Assembly (NCBI GenBank): GCA_964005815.1
Contig: CAXFSR010000017.1
Coordinates: 32,001-96,000, forward strand
DNA length: 64,000 nucleotides
Source of the DNA: an uncultured Nitrospinaceae bacterium
GTDB taxonomy: Bacteria > UBA8248
Direction of reading: 5' to 3'
In this document: positions 42,154-50,864 of the stretch, one piece after another
Layout of the letters: every line of letters starts with the position of its first letter
How positions within the stretch are numbered: the first letter of the stretch is position 1
Position numbers and translations under genes: made by a program
The notes under the pieces: model-generated
The model's input: the letters and a program-made list of their open reading frames with translations, nothing else
Database searches by the model: none
What the model was told of the DNA's origin: nothing

Positions 42154-43128
42154 TCAAACAGACAAAACAATTTTTCCAAAAACAGAACCAGTCATTAAAA
42201 TCTCATGTGAACGTGGGGCATCTGCTAAATCTACTATCTCACCTACAACCGAACAAATCTTTTCATTTCTAAGCAAAACTTCTAATTGATCAGTCATACT
42301 TGAAAAAAAACAATCAGAATTAAAAAGACTCATTCCTCTAACATCAATATCTTTTGAATAGAAAGGAGGATACGTCACTGTGCCACTAGGATTTTTCCCG
42401 GTACCTGAACCTAACAAAACAATTGTCCCGAATTTTTTTACAGCCTGACAATCTAAATCAAAGTTTTCACTTGCAACCATCTCAATAATTGAATCTACCC
42501 CTCTTCCAGACGTCTCTTTCAAACATTCAGAAACCCAATCTTCCTCTTTATAATTAAATACTATATCCGCACCAAGATTTTTACAAAACTCAGCTTTTTC
42601 TTGAGAACTAACTGTTGAAATAACAGTTGCACCAGTCGCCTTTGCTATCTGTATAGCCATACTTCCAACCCCACCAGCACCCCCATGGATTAAAATCGTT
42701 TCTCCAGGTTTAATAGAAGCTTTGTAAACTAGTGCGTAATATGCTGTATATAAAACACATGGGAAGGAAGCTCCCTGAATAAAATCAAAATTGTCAGGTA
42801 AAATTGCTGAACGGTGAGCACTTAAGAGAGAAAGCTCTGCATAACTTCCACTCGTAGAAGAACCAAAAACTCTATCTCCTTCTTTAAAATTCTCCACACC
42901 TTCACCTACAGAAACAACCTCTCCGGCAGCATCAATCCCAGGGACCCACGGCAACTCCAAACCCTTAGAAAGGGGATGTGCTCCAGAACGAAAAGTTGTA
43001 TCTACTGGATTAACACCTGCACCCCTTACTTTAACTAAAATTTCACCTTCGGAAGGAATAGGATCATCCATCTCTCCTAATTTCATAACATCTGGGTCGC
43101 CAAAAGAATTTACTTGAATAGCTTTCAT
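42154..43128 (-). CDS. NADPH:quinone oxidoreductase-like MDR, paralogue 3
   Basis: GVNPVD, GSYAE, HGGAGGVG and GKIVL motifs. Confidence 0.88.
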   Translation of the reverse strand: MKAIQVNSFGDPDVMKLGEMDDPIPSEGEILVKVRGAGVNPVDTTFRSGAHPLSKGLELPWVPGIDAAGEVVSVGEGVENFKEGDRVFGSSTSGSYAELSLLSAHRSAILPDNFDFIQGASFPCVLYTAYYALVYKASIKPGETILIHGGAGGVGSMAIQIAKATGATVISTVSSQEKAEFCKNLGADIVFNYKEEDWVSECLKETSGRGVDSIIEMVASENFDLDCQAVKKFGTIVLLGSGTGKNPSGTVTYPPFYSKDIDVRGMSLFNSDCFFSSMTDQLEVLLRNEKICSVVGEIVDLADAPRSHEILMTGSVFGKIVLSV

Positions 43129-43266
43129 TTTATCCCCCTTTGAAAAAAACCATTTTAATATGAAGATATTTCAAGAAATTTATACCTAGTTAACAATTGA
43201 ATCAATCAAAGAATCAAAGAAGAAATTTTATGTCGTGTTTCAAACAGCAAGTCACAATTTAGGTAC

Positions 43267-43296
43267 TTGACAAGAAAAGCGAGCGAAAGATAAGGT
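43267..43296 (+). promoter_or_regulatory. Putative sigma70 promoter of the TAXI-TRAP operon
   Basis: TTGACA, an 18 nt spacer and TAAGGT. Confidence 0.45.
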
Positions 43297-43431
43297 TCTT
43301 ATATCCATGAAACTTTTATTTTTAATTGATTCGTAAAAAATTATCTTTGGAATTGCTTCGTTTTTATTTATTTTTTGCGATTCTAAATTTTTTGGTCTCG
43401 TTAGCTTTTTTAAATATAAGGAGAGTTTTCA

Positions 43432-44430
43432 ATGCGCAAATTTTTTTCAGTTTTTGTTGCAATACTTGCAGTTGTAGCCTTTGGATTTGCTTCCGCTAAT
43501 GCTGTTGAAAGATATAAGTTTGGAAGTGGTCCAGCTGGAGGTGGATGGAATCCTGCTATTGGTGCAGGCGTCCAACTACTAAATAAATCTTTATCCGGCA
43601 AGGGACTAAAGTACGCTCATGTTCCTTCTCAAGGTTCAGTAGCGAATATACGTCGTGTAGCAAAAGGAAGTTTCCATACGACTTGGGGTCATGTCGTACA
43701 GGTAGTTCAACAATGGAACGGAACCGGAAAATTTAAAAAAGACGGTGTTAGAAGAGATTTCAGAATTATTGCTAACGTTAGGGCACAATCACAGATTATT
43801 GCTGTTTTAGCAGATAGTCCAATTAAATCTTTCTCTGACATGGCAGGAAAAAGAGTAAATCTTCTATCTAGAGGCACAGGAAGTAACGTTAACTGTATGA
43901 ATATGTTTAAAGGTGCAGGAATATTCAATAAAATAGAGAAACGTTTCTTAGGATTCCGCGACTCTGGAAGAGCACTTGGAGATCGTCAGATAGATGTTTA
44001 TTGTTCTGCTGGTGCTCCTTTTACTATTCCGGCTCTTACACAGTTATCTGTAAGAAAACCTGTACGTTATGTGGGACTTAGTGAATCTGAGCAAAAAAAA
44101 GTTGTTAGTACATTCCCTTTCTATACACCTGTTACAATTCCACCTTTATCAGAAGTAAAGGGACAAACTTCCCACGCAAGATCTATTGCATATGATGTTT
44201 TCTGGGTTGCACATAAATCAATGTCTGACAAGGGTATTTATGAGATGTTAAAAGTTATTGCAGACCCAGGAAATCTAAAAAAACTTACGAAAGCTGCAAG
44301 ATATTGGGCTAAGTTAAGTGGAAAATTTGACAACCTCAAAGTACATAAAGTTCACGTCCATCCAGCTGCAGCACGTTATTGGAGAAGCCGTGGAACCAAT
44401 GTGCCGGGTAGCGTAGTAAAAGGTTACTAA
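43432..44430 (+). CDS. TAXI-family TRAP transporter solute-binding protein
   Basis: Signal peptide, GP.GG.W, GSVAN, I.SFSD.AGKRV and HP.A.RYW motifs; TAAGGAG RBS. Confidence 0.9.
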   Translation: MRKFFSVFVAILAVVAFGFASANAVERYKFGSGPAGGGWNPAIGAGVQLLNKSLSGKGLKYAHVPSQGSVANIRRVAKGSFHTTWGHVVQVVQQWNGTGKFKKDGVRRDFRIIANVRAQSQIIAVLADSPIKSFSDMAGKRVNLLSRGTGSNVNCMNMFKGAGIFNKIEKRFLGFRDSGRALGDRQIDVYCSAGAPFTIPALTQLSVRKPVRYVGLSESEQKKVVSTFPFYTPVTIPPLSEVKGQTSHARSIAYDVFWVAHKSMSDKGIYEMLKVIADPGNLKKLTKAARYWAKLSGKFDNLKVHKVHVHPAAARYWRSRGTNVPGSVVKGY

Positions 44431-44444
44431 AATTTAATTTCAAT

Positions 44445-44477
44445 TATTGGGGGGGACAAAATTTGTTCCTCCCAATA
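44445..44477 (+). terminator. Strong hairpin between the binding-protein and permease genes (partial terminator or mRNA stabiliser)
   Basis: TATTGGGGGGGACAA pairs with TTGTTCCTCCCAATA; no clear U-tract follows. Confidence 0.6.
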
Positions 44478-44519
44478 CATTCCAATTCTCTCGTTTTTTA
44501 TAGAATTTTAGGATACTAG

Positions 44520-46997
44520 ATGCTTAAGAAACTAATGCCTCTTCTTATAAAAATAGGAATAATCTCAGAAGAATTTATCGAACCTAGAAAAATTTTTGGA
44601 ATTAGTTCAGTTTTAGTTTCAATCATTGCTGTTTCATTTTCTTATTTTTTCGTTCATGTAGCATTTTTTGGTCCTCCTATCACTGAAATTTTCAAGGGAA
44701 CTTACATACTAGGAACGGCAGTCTTGAGTCTTCTTATATATAAAGGAAGACAAAAAACGATATATGAACGTTTTGTTTTTCTAGACGAACTCTTCGCAAT
44801 TTTATCTATTACAACCATATGTGTTTTTGGAACAATTTGGATTTATTGGTTCTTTATATCACCTGTTGAGGCTTGGAATAAATTCTATGACCAAAAAGTT
44901 TTTTATATTGGAATCTTGGGATTCATTGTTGGAATAATTATTTATTGGAAAGAAGCAACTTCAAAAGTTACTGACCGTTTTACTACTTCTGACATAATTT
45001 ACCTTCTAGGTGTAACTGGCGCAATGATTTGGTGGCGCTATAGCAACGAAACCTTACAAGAAGAAATGGGTGGAGATGTACCTACAATGCTTGTCATTTC
45101 TGCGTGGCTGGTAATTCCAGTTAGTATGGAAATTGCAAGAAGGGTCGTTGGACCAATAATTCCTTTCTTAGGTTTTTGTTTCCTTGTATACAGTTTCAGG
45201 CCAGTAGCCCATTCATTTCCAGGGCTCCTATGGCATGATGGAAATAATATCGACCGTATTTCTGAGTTCTTAATGCTTCAATCTGATGGTTTAACCGGAC
45301 TCATTGCAGATGTTTTTGCTAACTATATGGTAATTTTTGTCGTTCTCGGTGCATTCTTAGAAAAAACTGGTCTAGGTGCACTCTTTATTGATACAACTTA
45401 TCGTCTCACCGGTCAGAGAACTGGAGGACCAGGATTAACTGCAGTCGTTTCTAGTGGTCTTTTTGGAATGATATCAGGCAGTGGAGTTGCAAATGTTGTT
45501 ACAACGGGAACATTTACCATTCCCCTTATGAAAAGAGTAGGATACAGATCTGAATTTGCTGGCGCTGTCGAAGCATCGGCATCGACTGGAGGTGCTTATA
45601 TGCCCCCTATTATGGGTTCAGGTGCCTTTCTACTAGCACAATTTACAGAAATTAGCTATTTTGAAGTGATAAAATATGCAATTCTACCTGCTATTCTTTA
45701 TTATCTTTCAGTTGGCTACATAGTTTATATTCGTGCTGTTAATCGAGGTCTAACTGGAGTTCCTGTTTCAGAATTACCTCTATGGAGTAAAATAATACCT
45801 AGACTGTATTTACTCATTCCTATTCCACTCATGGTTTATTATTTAGTTGCAGGAGATTCCGCTTTTCTAGCAGCTTTTAAAACAATTTGTGCTATCGTTT
45901 TACTGAAAACTACAGATTTACTTACAACAGTTCAAACTCCATATACACGAAAATTTTCAAAACCTATTCTAATTTTAACTATTGTTCTAGGCATTATCGT
46001 CTATTTCTTTGGTCTGAAAATCGGTGCACCTTTTTCTTGGTTTGCTGATACACAAAGAGGGCTAAACTTCGGAGATGCGATTTTTTGGACACTTGCCTTT
46101 TATACAATTCTAAAAATCTGTGAAATATTTTTTGCCTCTCTTTCAGTAGATAATTCCGTTCAGAATTCTATTTCGAATGAAGAATCTGAGATAGAGGTAA
46201 GCGGGTCTGATGCATTAAATTCTTTAAAAAATAGATCTATAGACTTAGTAAAATCTATCTGGATCTCCTTAGAATCCGGAGCAAAAAGTTCGGTAATCGT
46301 GGGTAGTATTGCCGGTGTGCTTAGCATACTTCTATCAACTGCCACACAAAGTGACTTGCCGGGTCGAGTATCCGATCTACTGATTCAGTTTAGTTTCGGT
46401 CTCTTACCAATGACTATTTTCTGGATAATCATAGCAGGCTACATTGTAGGAATGGGATTACCTATTGCTGCAAGTTATGTTGTTCTTGTAATCTTTGGTG
46501 TTTTATCACTAACAAATTTAGGAGTCCCAACACTAGCAGCTCATTTGATCTGCTACTGGGTTGCCGTTGTAAGCGCAGTAACTCCACCTGTTGCTTTAGC
46601 AGCATATGCTGCAAGTGCAATTGCCTCCTCTGATCCAATTAAGACTGGGTTCCAGGCGATGAAACTTTCTTCATGGATTTTTATCATGCCTTTCTTATTT
46701 GTCTATACACCTCTTCTTCTAACAGGAACCTACCTTGAAATTACTATTACTGTTATTGCCTGTTTACTAGGTATTGTTTCTTGGGCGAGTTTTATGGAAA
46801 ATTTCTTGATAAAACAGACTAAATTTTTAGAATGGATACTACTATTCATAGCATCCGTTTTCCTGCTTCTCCCTATCGATAATCTTCTTACATGGATTTC
46901 TCCATTAGAAGGTCAATTCGATTGGATTTTTTATTTTATGGGGGCCATATTACTGGTTTCAGCATTTTTATTACAAACAAAAAGAAAGGAAGTATAA
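44520..46997 (+). CDS. TRAP transporter fused 4TM/12TM permease (TAXI-associated)
   Basis: SGS.VANV.TTG.FTIPLMK, EA.ASTGG..MPPIMG, GMGLP and TPPVALAAYA motifs. Confidence 0.92.
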   Translation: MLKKLMPLLIKIGIISEEFIEPRKIFGISSVLVSIIAVSFSYFFVHVAFFGPPITEIFKGTYILGTAVLSLLIYKGRQKTIYERFVFLDELFAILSITTICVFGTIWIYWFFISPVEAWNKFYDQKVFYIGILGFIVGIIIYWKEATSKVTDRFTTSDIIYLLGVTGAMIWWRYSNETLQEEMGGDVPTMLVISAWLVIPVSMEIARRVVGPIIPFLGFCFLVYSFRPVAHSFPGLLWHDGNNIDRISEFLMLQSDGLTGLIADVFANYMVIFVVLGAFLEKTGLGALFIDTTYRLTGQRTGGPGLTAVVSSGLFGMISGSGVANVVTTGTFTIPLMKRVGYRSEFAGAVEASASTGGAYMPPIMGSGAFLLAQFTEISYFEVIKYAILPAILYYLSVGYIVYIRAVNRGLTGVPVSELPLWSKIIPRLYLLIPIPLMVYYLVAGDSAFLAAFKTICAIVLLKTTDLLTTVQTPYTRKFSKPILILTIVLGIIVYFFGLKIGAPFSWFADTQRGLNFGDAIFWTLAFYTILKICEIFFASLSVDNSVQNSISNEESEIEVSGSDALNSLKNRSIDLVKSIWISLESGAKSSVIVGSIAGVLSILLSTATQSDLPGRVSDLLIQFSFGLLPMTIFWIIIAGYIVGMGLPIAASYVVLVIFGVLSLTNLGVPTLAAHLICYWVAVVSAVTPPVALAAYAASAIASSDPIKTGFQAMKLSSWIFIMPFLFVYTPLLLTGTYLEITITVIACLLGIVSWASFMENFLIKQTKFLEWILLFIASVFLLLPIDNLLTWISPLEGQFDWIFYFMGAILLVSAFLLQTKRKEV

Positions 46998-46998
46998 C

Positions 46999-47388
46999 TT
47001 GGGTTCAATAGAGTCATTTCATCATGTACATTTAATAAGTTCTGACCCAGTTAAAACATCAAAATGGTATATGGACTTTTTGGATGCTGACCTAACTCAT
47101 GAAGACAAAAAGCATGGAGCTATAAATATTAGATTACAAATAGGAAATTTAAATCTATTTATACGTGGATTACGAGAAAAGGAGGAACTCTCATCCAAAC
47201 AAAACATATTACAAGAAGGTATTCATCATATCGGACTCATGGTTGATGACATAAAAGAAATGATGAAAAAGACAACAGAAAATGGGGCAACAGAAATAGA
47301 AGAAATTCATACCGGAGTTACAGGAAATTGGGTTTCATTTATTCGTACCCCTGAAGGAGTATTGATTGAGTTCCTCCAAAAAAAATGA
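46999..47388 (+). CDS. VOC/glyoxalase family protein
   Basis: FHHVHL, GIHHIGL and F..PEG..IE motifs. Confidence 0.82.
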   Translation: MGSIESFHHVHLISSDPVKTSKWYMDFLDADLTHEDKKHGAINIRLQIGNLNLFIRGLREKEELSSKQNILQEGIHHIGLMVDDIKEMMKKTTENGATEIEEIHTGVTGNWVSFIRTPEGVLIEFLQKK

Positions 47389-48037
47389 AGAAGCAAATCC
47401 AAAAACAAACAAAAAACTATTCCCACCAAAATTAAATCGCGTTCAGCATATTGGAATAAAAGTTCACAATTTAGATTTGGCTGTCGAATTTTATAGAGAC
47501 ATTATGGGAATGAAAATATCTGACAAATATGAACCAGGAGATAACCCCCATAATCCTTGGGGAATTTGTTTCTTAAGAAGTGGAAATCTTCATCACGAGA
47601 TATCACTTATCGGTTACGACAAAAAAGAGAATCTCAAACCAAATAGAATTGGAATAAGAGAGCCAGGAGTAGGATTACATCATATTGCTTTCGAGGTAGA
47701 TTCTAAAGAAGAATTTGAATCTTGGATAAGTCATCTAAAAGAAAATAAAATTGAATTTACTGCTGGTCCATTAGTTCATAGTCCTACCCATCCCGAAGGA
47801 GACGGAACTTTAGGAGAAAATAGAGCACTATATTTTTATGATCCATCGGGAAATGGAATAGAAATTTTTTGTGATATGGCACGAATCAATGAAGAAGATA
47901 ATTCTATAGAGGAAAAATGGTTCAGAGATCGTTTGCAAAAGGATGGATATTCAAGAAATTCCTGCAATCCATCTAGACCATGGATCCCTGGTCGATCTAG
48001 TATGGAAGGCGCTATCGAAAAATTTGGGAAAAAGTAA
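47366..48037 (+). CDS. VOC family protein, extradiol-dioxygenase-like
   Basis: HIGI.V, FLR....HHEI, LHHIAF and LYF.DPSGN.IE motifs. Confidence 0.8.
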   Translation: MSSSKKNEEANPKTNKKLFPPKLNRVQHIGIKVHNLDLAVEFYRDIMGMKISDKYEPGDNPHNPWGICFLRSGNLHHEISLIGYDKKENLKPNRIGIREPGVGLHHIAFEVDSKEEFESWISHLKENKIEFTAGPLVHSPTHPEGDGTLGENRALYFYDPSGNGIEIFCDMARINEEDNSIEEKWFRDRLQKDGYSRNSCNPSRPWIPGRSSMEGAIEKFGKK

Positions 48038-48083
48038 TTTGTAATTGGACAGTTTAATTCTATATTTCTATTGAGAGGATAAT

Positions 48084-48899
48084 TTGGATAATCAAAATTG
48101 GTATAATATTCAGGAATTTGCACCAAATACATTCCAATTTAATGAAGCTGAACTCTGGAACATGTTTCTATTAATTGGTGAAGAAAAAGCTGTTTCCATT
48201 GATGGGGGAATTGGAATTGGAAGTGTGAGAAAATTGTGTGAAAGTATCACATCACTCCCGATTGAACATATCTTGACTCATACTCACTGGGACCATTTAG
48301 GCTCAATACATGAATGGGAATCTATTGCAGTTCACGAAAATGGGAAAAACAACTTATCTAATGATTTTGCAGAAGGATGCAAAGACTTTATTTCGAATTG
48401 GAAAGGGAAAGAATTTCCAGAAAATTTTGTTTCAGAAAATTTCAAGTTGAAGCCAGGTGTATTTGGCGAACCTCTTTATGAGGGGCAAATAATTGATCTT
48501 GGCAATAGGAAATTACACATTTATGAAACACCCGGCCATTCACCAGATAGTATTTCTATCTATGATGAAAAAGAAGGTGTGTTAATAACTGGAGATTTAG
48601 TAAAACCACATATGCCGCTTTTTATTCAAGTACCAACTGCGGTTTTATCAGATTACGGCCCCTCACTTAGAAGGCTTGAATCCATTTCAAAAGAAAAGAA
48701 TGTACAATGGATTTGCTCTGGACATTCGGAACCGTTCAAAGATTTAAGTATAATTTCCGAAATGGCTGATTTTGTTGAAAAAATAGAAAAGGGAAATATC
48801 GAGCCTCCTAAAAAAATTGAAGCTGGAAAATGGGGATTTATAGATGAATATCGCGCAGAAAGATTCCAGGTTTGGATTAATGATAATGCACGAAGATAA
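48084..48899 (+). CDS. Metallo-beta-lactamase-fold hydrolase
   Basis: THTHWDH, TPGHS, GD and GH motifs. Confidence 0.88.
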   Translation: MDNQNWYNIQEFAPNTFQFNEAELWNMFLLIGEEKAVSIDGGIGIGSVRKLCESITSLPIEHILTHTHWDHLGSIHEWESIAVHENGKNNLSNDFAEGCKDFISNWKGKEFPENFVSENFKLKPGVFGEPLYEGQIIDLGNRKLHIYETPGHSPDSISIYDEKEGVLITGDLVKPHMPLFIQVPTAVLSDYGPSLRRLESISKEKNVQWICSGHSEPFKDLSIISEMADFVEKIEKGNIEPPKKIEAGKWGFIDEYRAERFQVWINDNARR

Positions 48900-48913
48900 T
48901 GAGAAGGACTAAA

Positions 48914-50860
48914 ATGACTAATGAAGATGTAATTTGGAAACCCAATGAAGATTTCTTGCAAAATAGCAATATTGCCCTACTAATGAAAAAATTAGGATTT
49001 ACAGACTATAGAGAATTTCTTGATTGGTCGGTAAAAGATATACGAGTCTTCTGGGAAGTTATCTTGGAAGATATGAACTTTCAATGGCACAAAAAATATC
49101 ATACGCTCCTAGATCTCAACAATGGCTTTCCTTGGGCAAAATGGTTTGTAGGTGGAGTAACAAATATCACTACAAATTGTTTAGATAGACATGTTTTGAG
49201 CGAACGTAAAGATCAAGTTGCATTAATATGGGAAAGTGATGAAGGGAATCAAATTTCTTTCACATATAACCAGCTTTCTAAAAAAGTAAATAAACTATCT
49301 AATGCAATGAGAAATGCTGGGCTAAAAAGTGGTGATGTCGCTGGGGTTTTCCTTCCTTTATTACCAGAAGCAGTAATAACTATGTATGCATGTTTCAAAA
49401 ATGGCATCGCAGTACTTCCTATTTTTTCAGGATTTGGGCCCGAAGGACTTGCTGAAAGACTTATTCATTCGAAAGCTAAAATTTTATTCACATCAAATGG
49501 TGCAGTTAGAAGAGGAAAGGTCATTCCACTAAAAAACACAGTGGATATAGCTTTACAACAAGAGACCTTTATAGAAAAAGTTATACTTGTAGAAAGAGCA
49601 GATTTAGAGGTCCCCATTAATAAAGGAAGAGATATTACATGGAATGAATTTATATCATCAGAATCTGATATTGCAGAAACCGAGAATTTACCTGCCGATA
49701 GTATTTCAATGATCATGTACACCTCAGGGACTACGGGAAAACCAAAAGGTACGGTTTATTCGCATGCCGGTTTAATGAGTGGACCTGGACGGGAGTTGAA
49801 ATACTGCTTCGACATGAGAGACAACGACATTATGTTCTGGGTTACAGATTTTGGTTGGGTTATGGCGCCTTATGAACTTGTTGGCTCGCATTTCAACGGG
49901 CATACATGTTTTCTTTACGAAAGCGTGCCAAATCATCCAGAACCTGACAGACTTTGGAAAATGATTTCAGATTCAAAGATAACCCATCTTGGCCTATCTC
50001 CTACAGCAGTTAGAGTTTTAATAGGTGAAGGTGACCATTGGGTAGAAAAACATGACCTATCTACCTTAAGGGTTCTTGGTTCTACTGGTGAACCCTGGGA
50101 TATAGAATCTTATCTTTGGTATTTCAATAAAGTGGGGGCAAAGAAATGTCCAGTAATGAATATTTCTGGAGGAACGGAAATTGGAGCATGTATTTTGCAA
50201 CCACTCCCAGTGATGGAATTAACCCCGTGTACACTCGGTGCTCCTGCAATGGGAACGGACGCAGATGTTTTTGACGATCAAGGCAATCCCGTTCGTAACG
50301 AAGTCGGACATCTGGTACTAAAACAACCCATTCCTTCCCTAACAATGGGATTTCTAAATGATTCAGATAGATACCTAGAAACTTATTTCTCTCGCTGGGA
50401 AAATATTTGGTATCATGGGGACTGGGCTAAAGTAGACGAAGAGGGATTCTGGTATCTGTTCGGTCGTTCGGACGATACTATAAAGGTTTCTGGAAAAAGA
50501 GTAGGTCCAAATGAAATTGAATCAGAACTTCAGAAACATCCTGGAGTTTTAGAAACGGCAGTAATTGGAACTCCTCATCCTGTAAAAGGAGAAGCAATCA
50601 CCTGTTTCATAGTTCTTGCTAACAATTACAAAGCAACCGATGATTTAAGAGAAGAACTAAAAGATCAAGCAGTAAAATACTTGGGTAAAAGTTTAAGACC
50701 AGATGAAATTAAATTTGTAGAATTTCTTCCTAAAACAAGGTCAGCAAAAATTGTAAGGGGAGCTATCAAAAAGATTTATCTTGGTGAAGACATTCAACAC
50801 ATGGATTTAAGTTCTCTAGAAGATCCTTCACATCTTAATGCTATTAAAAACGCAAAATAA
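48914..50860 (+). CDS. AMP-forming acyl-CoA synthetase (acetyl/acetoacetyl-CoA synthetase-like), copy 1
   Basis: YTSGTTGKPKG, SGGTE, HGD, GRSDD and LPKTRSAK motifs. Start taken at ATG 48914 after an AAGGA RBS. Confidence 0.9.
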   Translation: MTNEDVIWKPNEDFLQNSNIALLMKKLGFTDYREFLDWSVKDIRVFWEVILEDMNFQWHKKYHTLLDLNNGFPWAKWFVGGVTNITTNCLDRHVLSERKDQVALIWESDEGNQISFTYNQLSKKVNKLSNAMRNAGLKSGDVAGVFLPLLPEAVITMYACFKNGIAVLPIFSGFGPEGLAERLIHSKAKILFTSNGAVRRGKVIPLKNTVDIALQQETFIEKVILVERADLEVPINKGRDITWNEFISSESDIAETENLPADSISMIMYTSGTTGKPKGTVYSHAGLMSGPGRELKYCFDMRDNDIMFWVTDFGWVMAPYELVGSHFNGHTCFLYESVPNHPEPDRLWKMISDSKITHLGLSPTAVRVLIGEGDHWVEKHDLSTLRVLGSTGEPWDIESYLWYFNKVGAKKCPVMNISGGTEIGACILQPLPVMELTPCTLGAPAMGTDADVFDDQGNPVRNEVGHLVLKQPIPSLTMGFLNDSDRYLETYFSRWENIWYHGDWAKVDEEGFWYLFGRSDDTIKVSGKRVGPNEIESELQKHPGVLETAVIGTPHPVKGEAITCFIVLANNYKATDDLREELKDQAVKYLGKSLRPDEIKFVEFLPKTRSAKIVRGAIKKIYLGEDIQHMDLSSLEDPSHLNAIKNAK

Positions 50861-50864
50861 GAAA

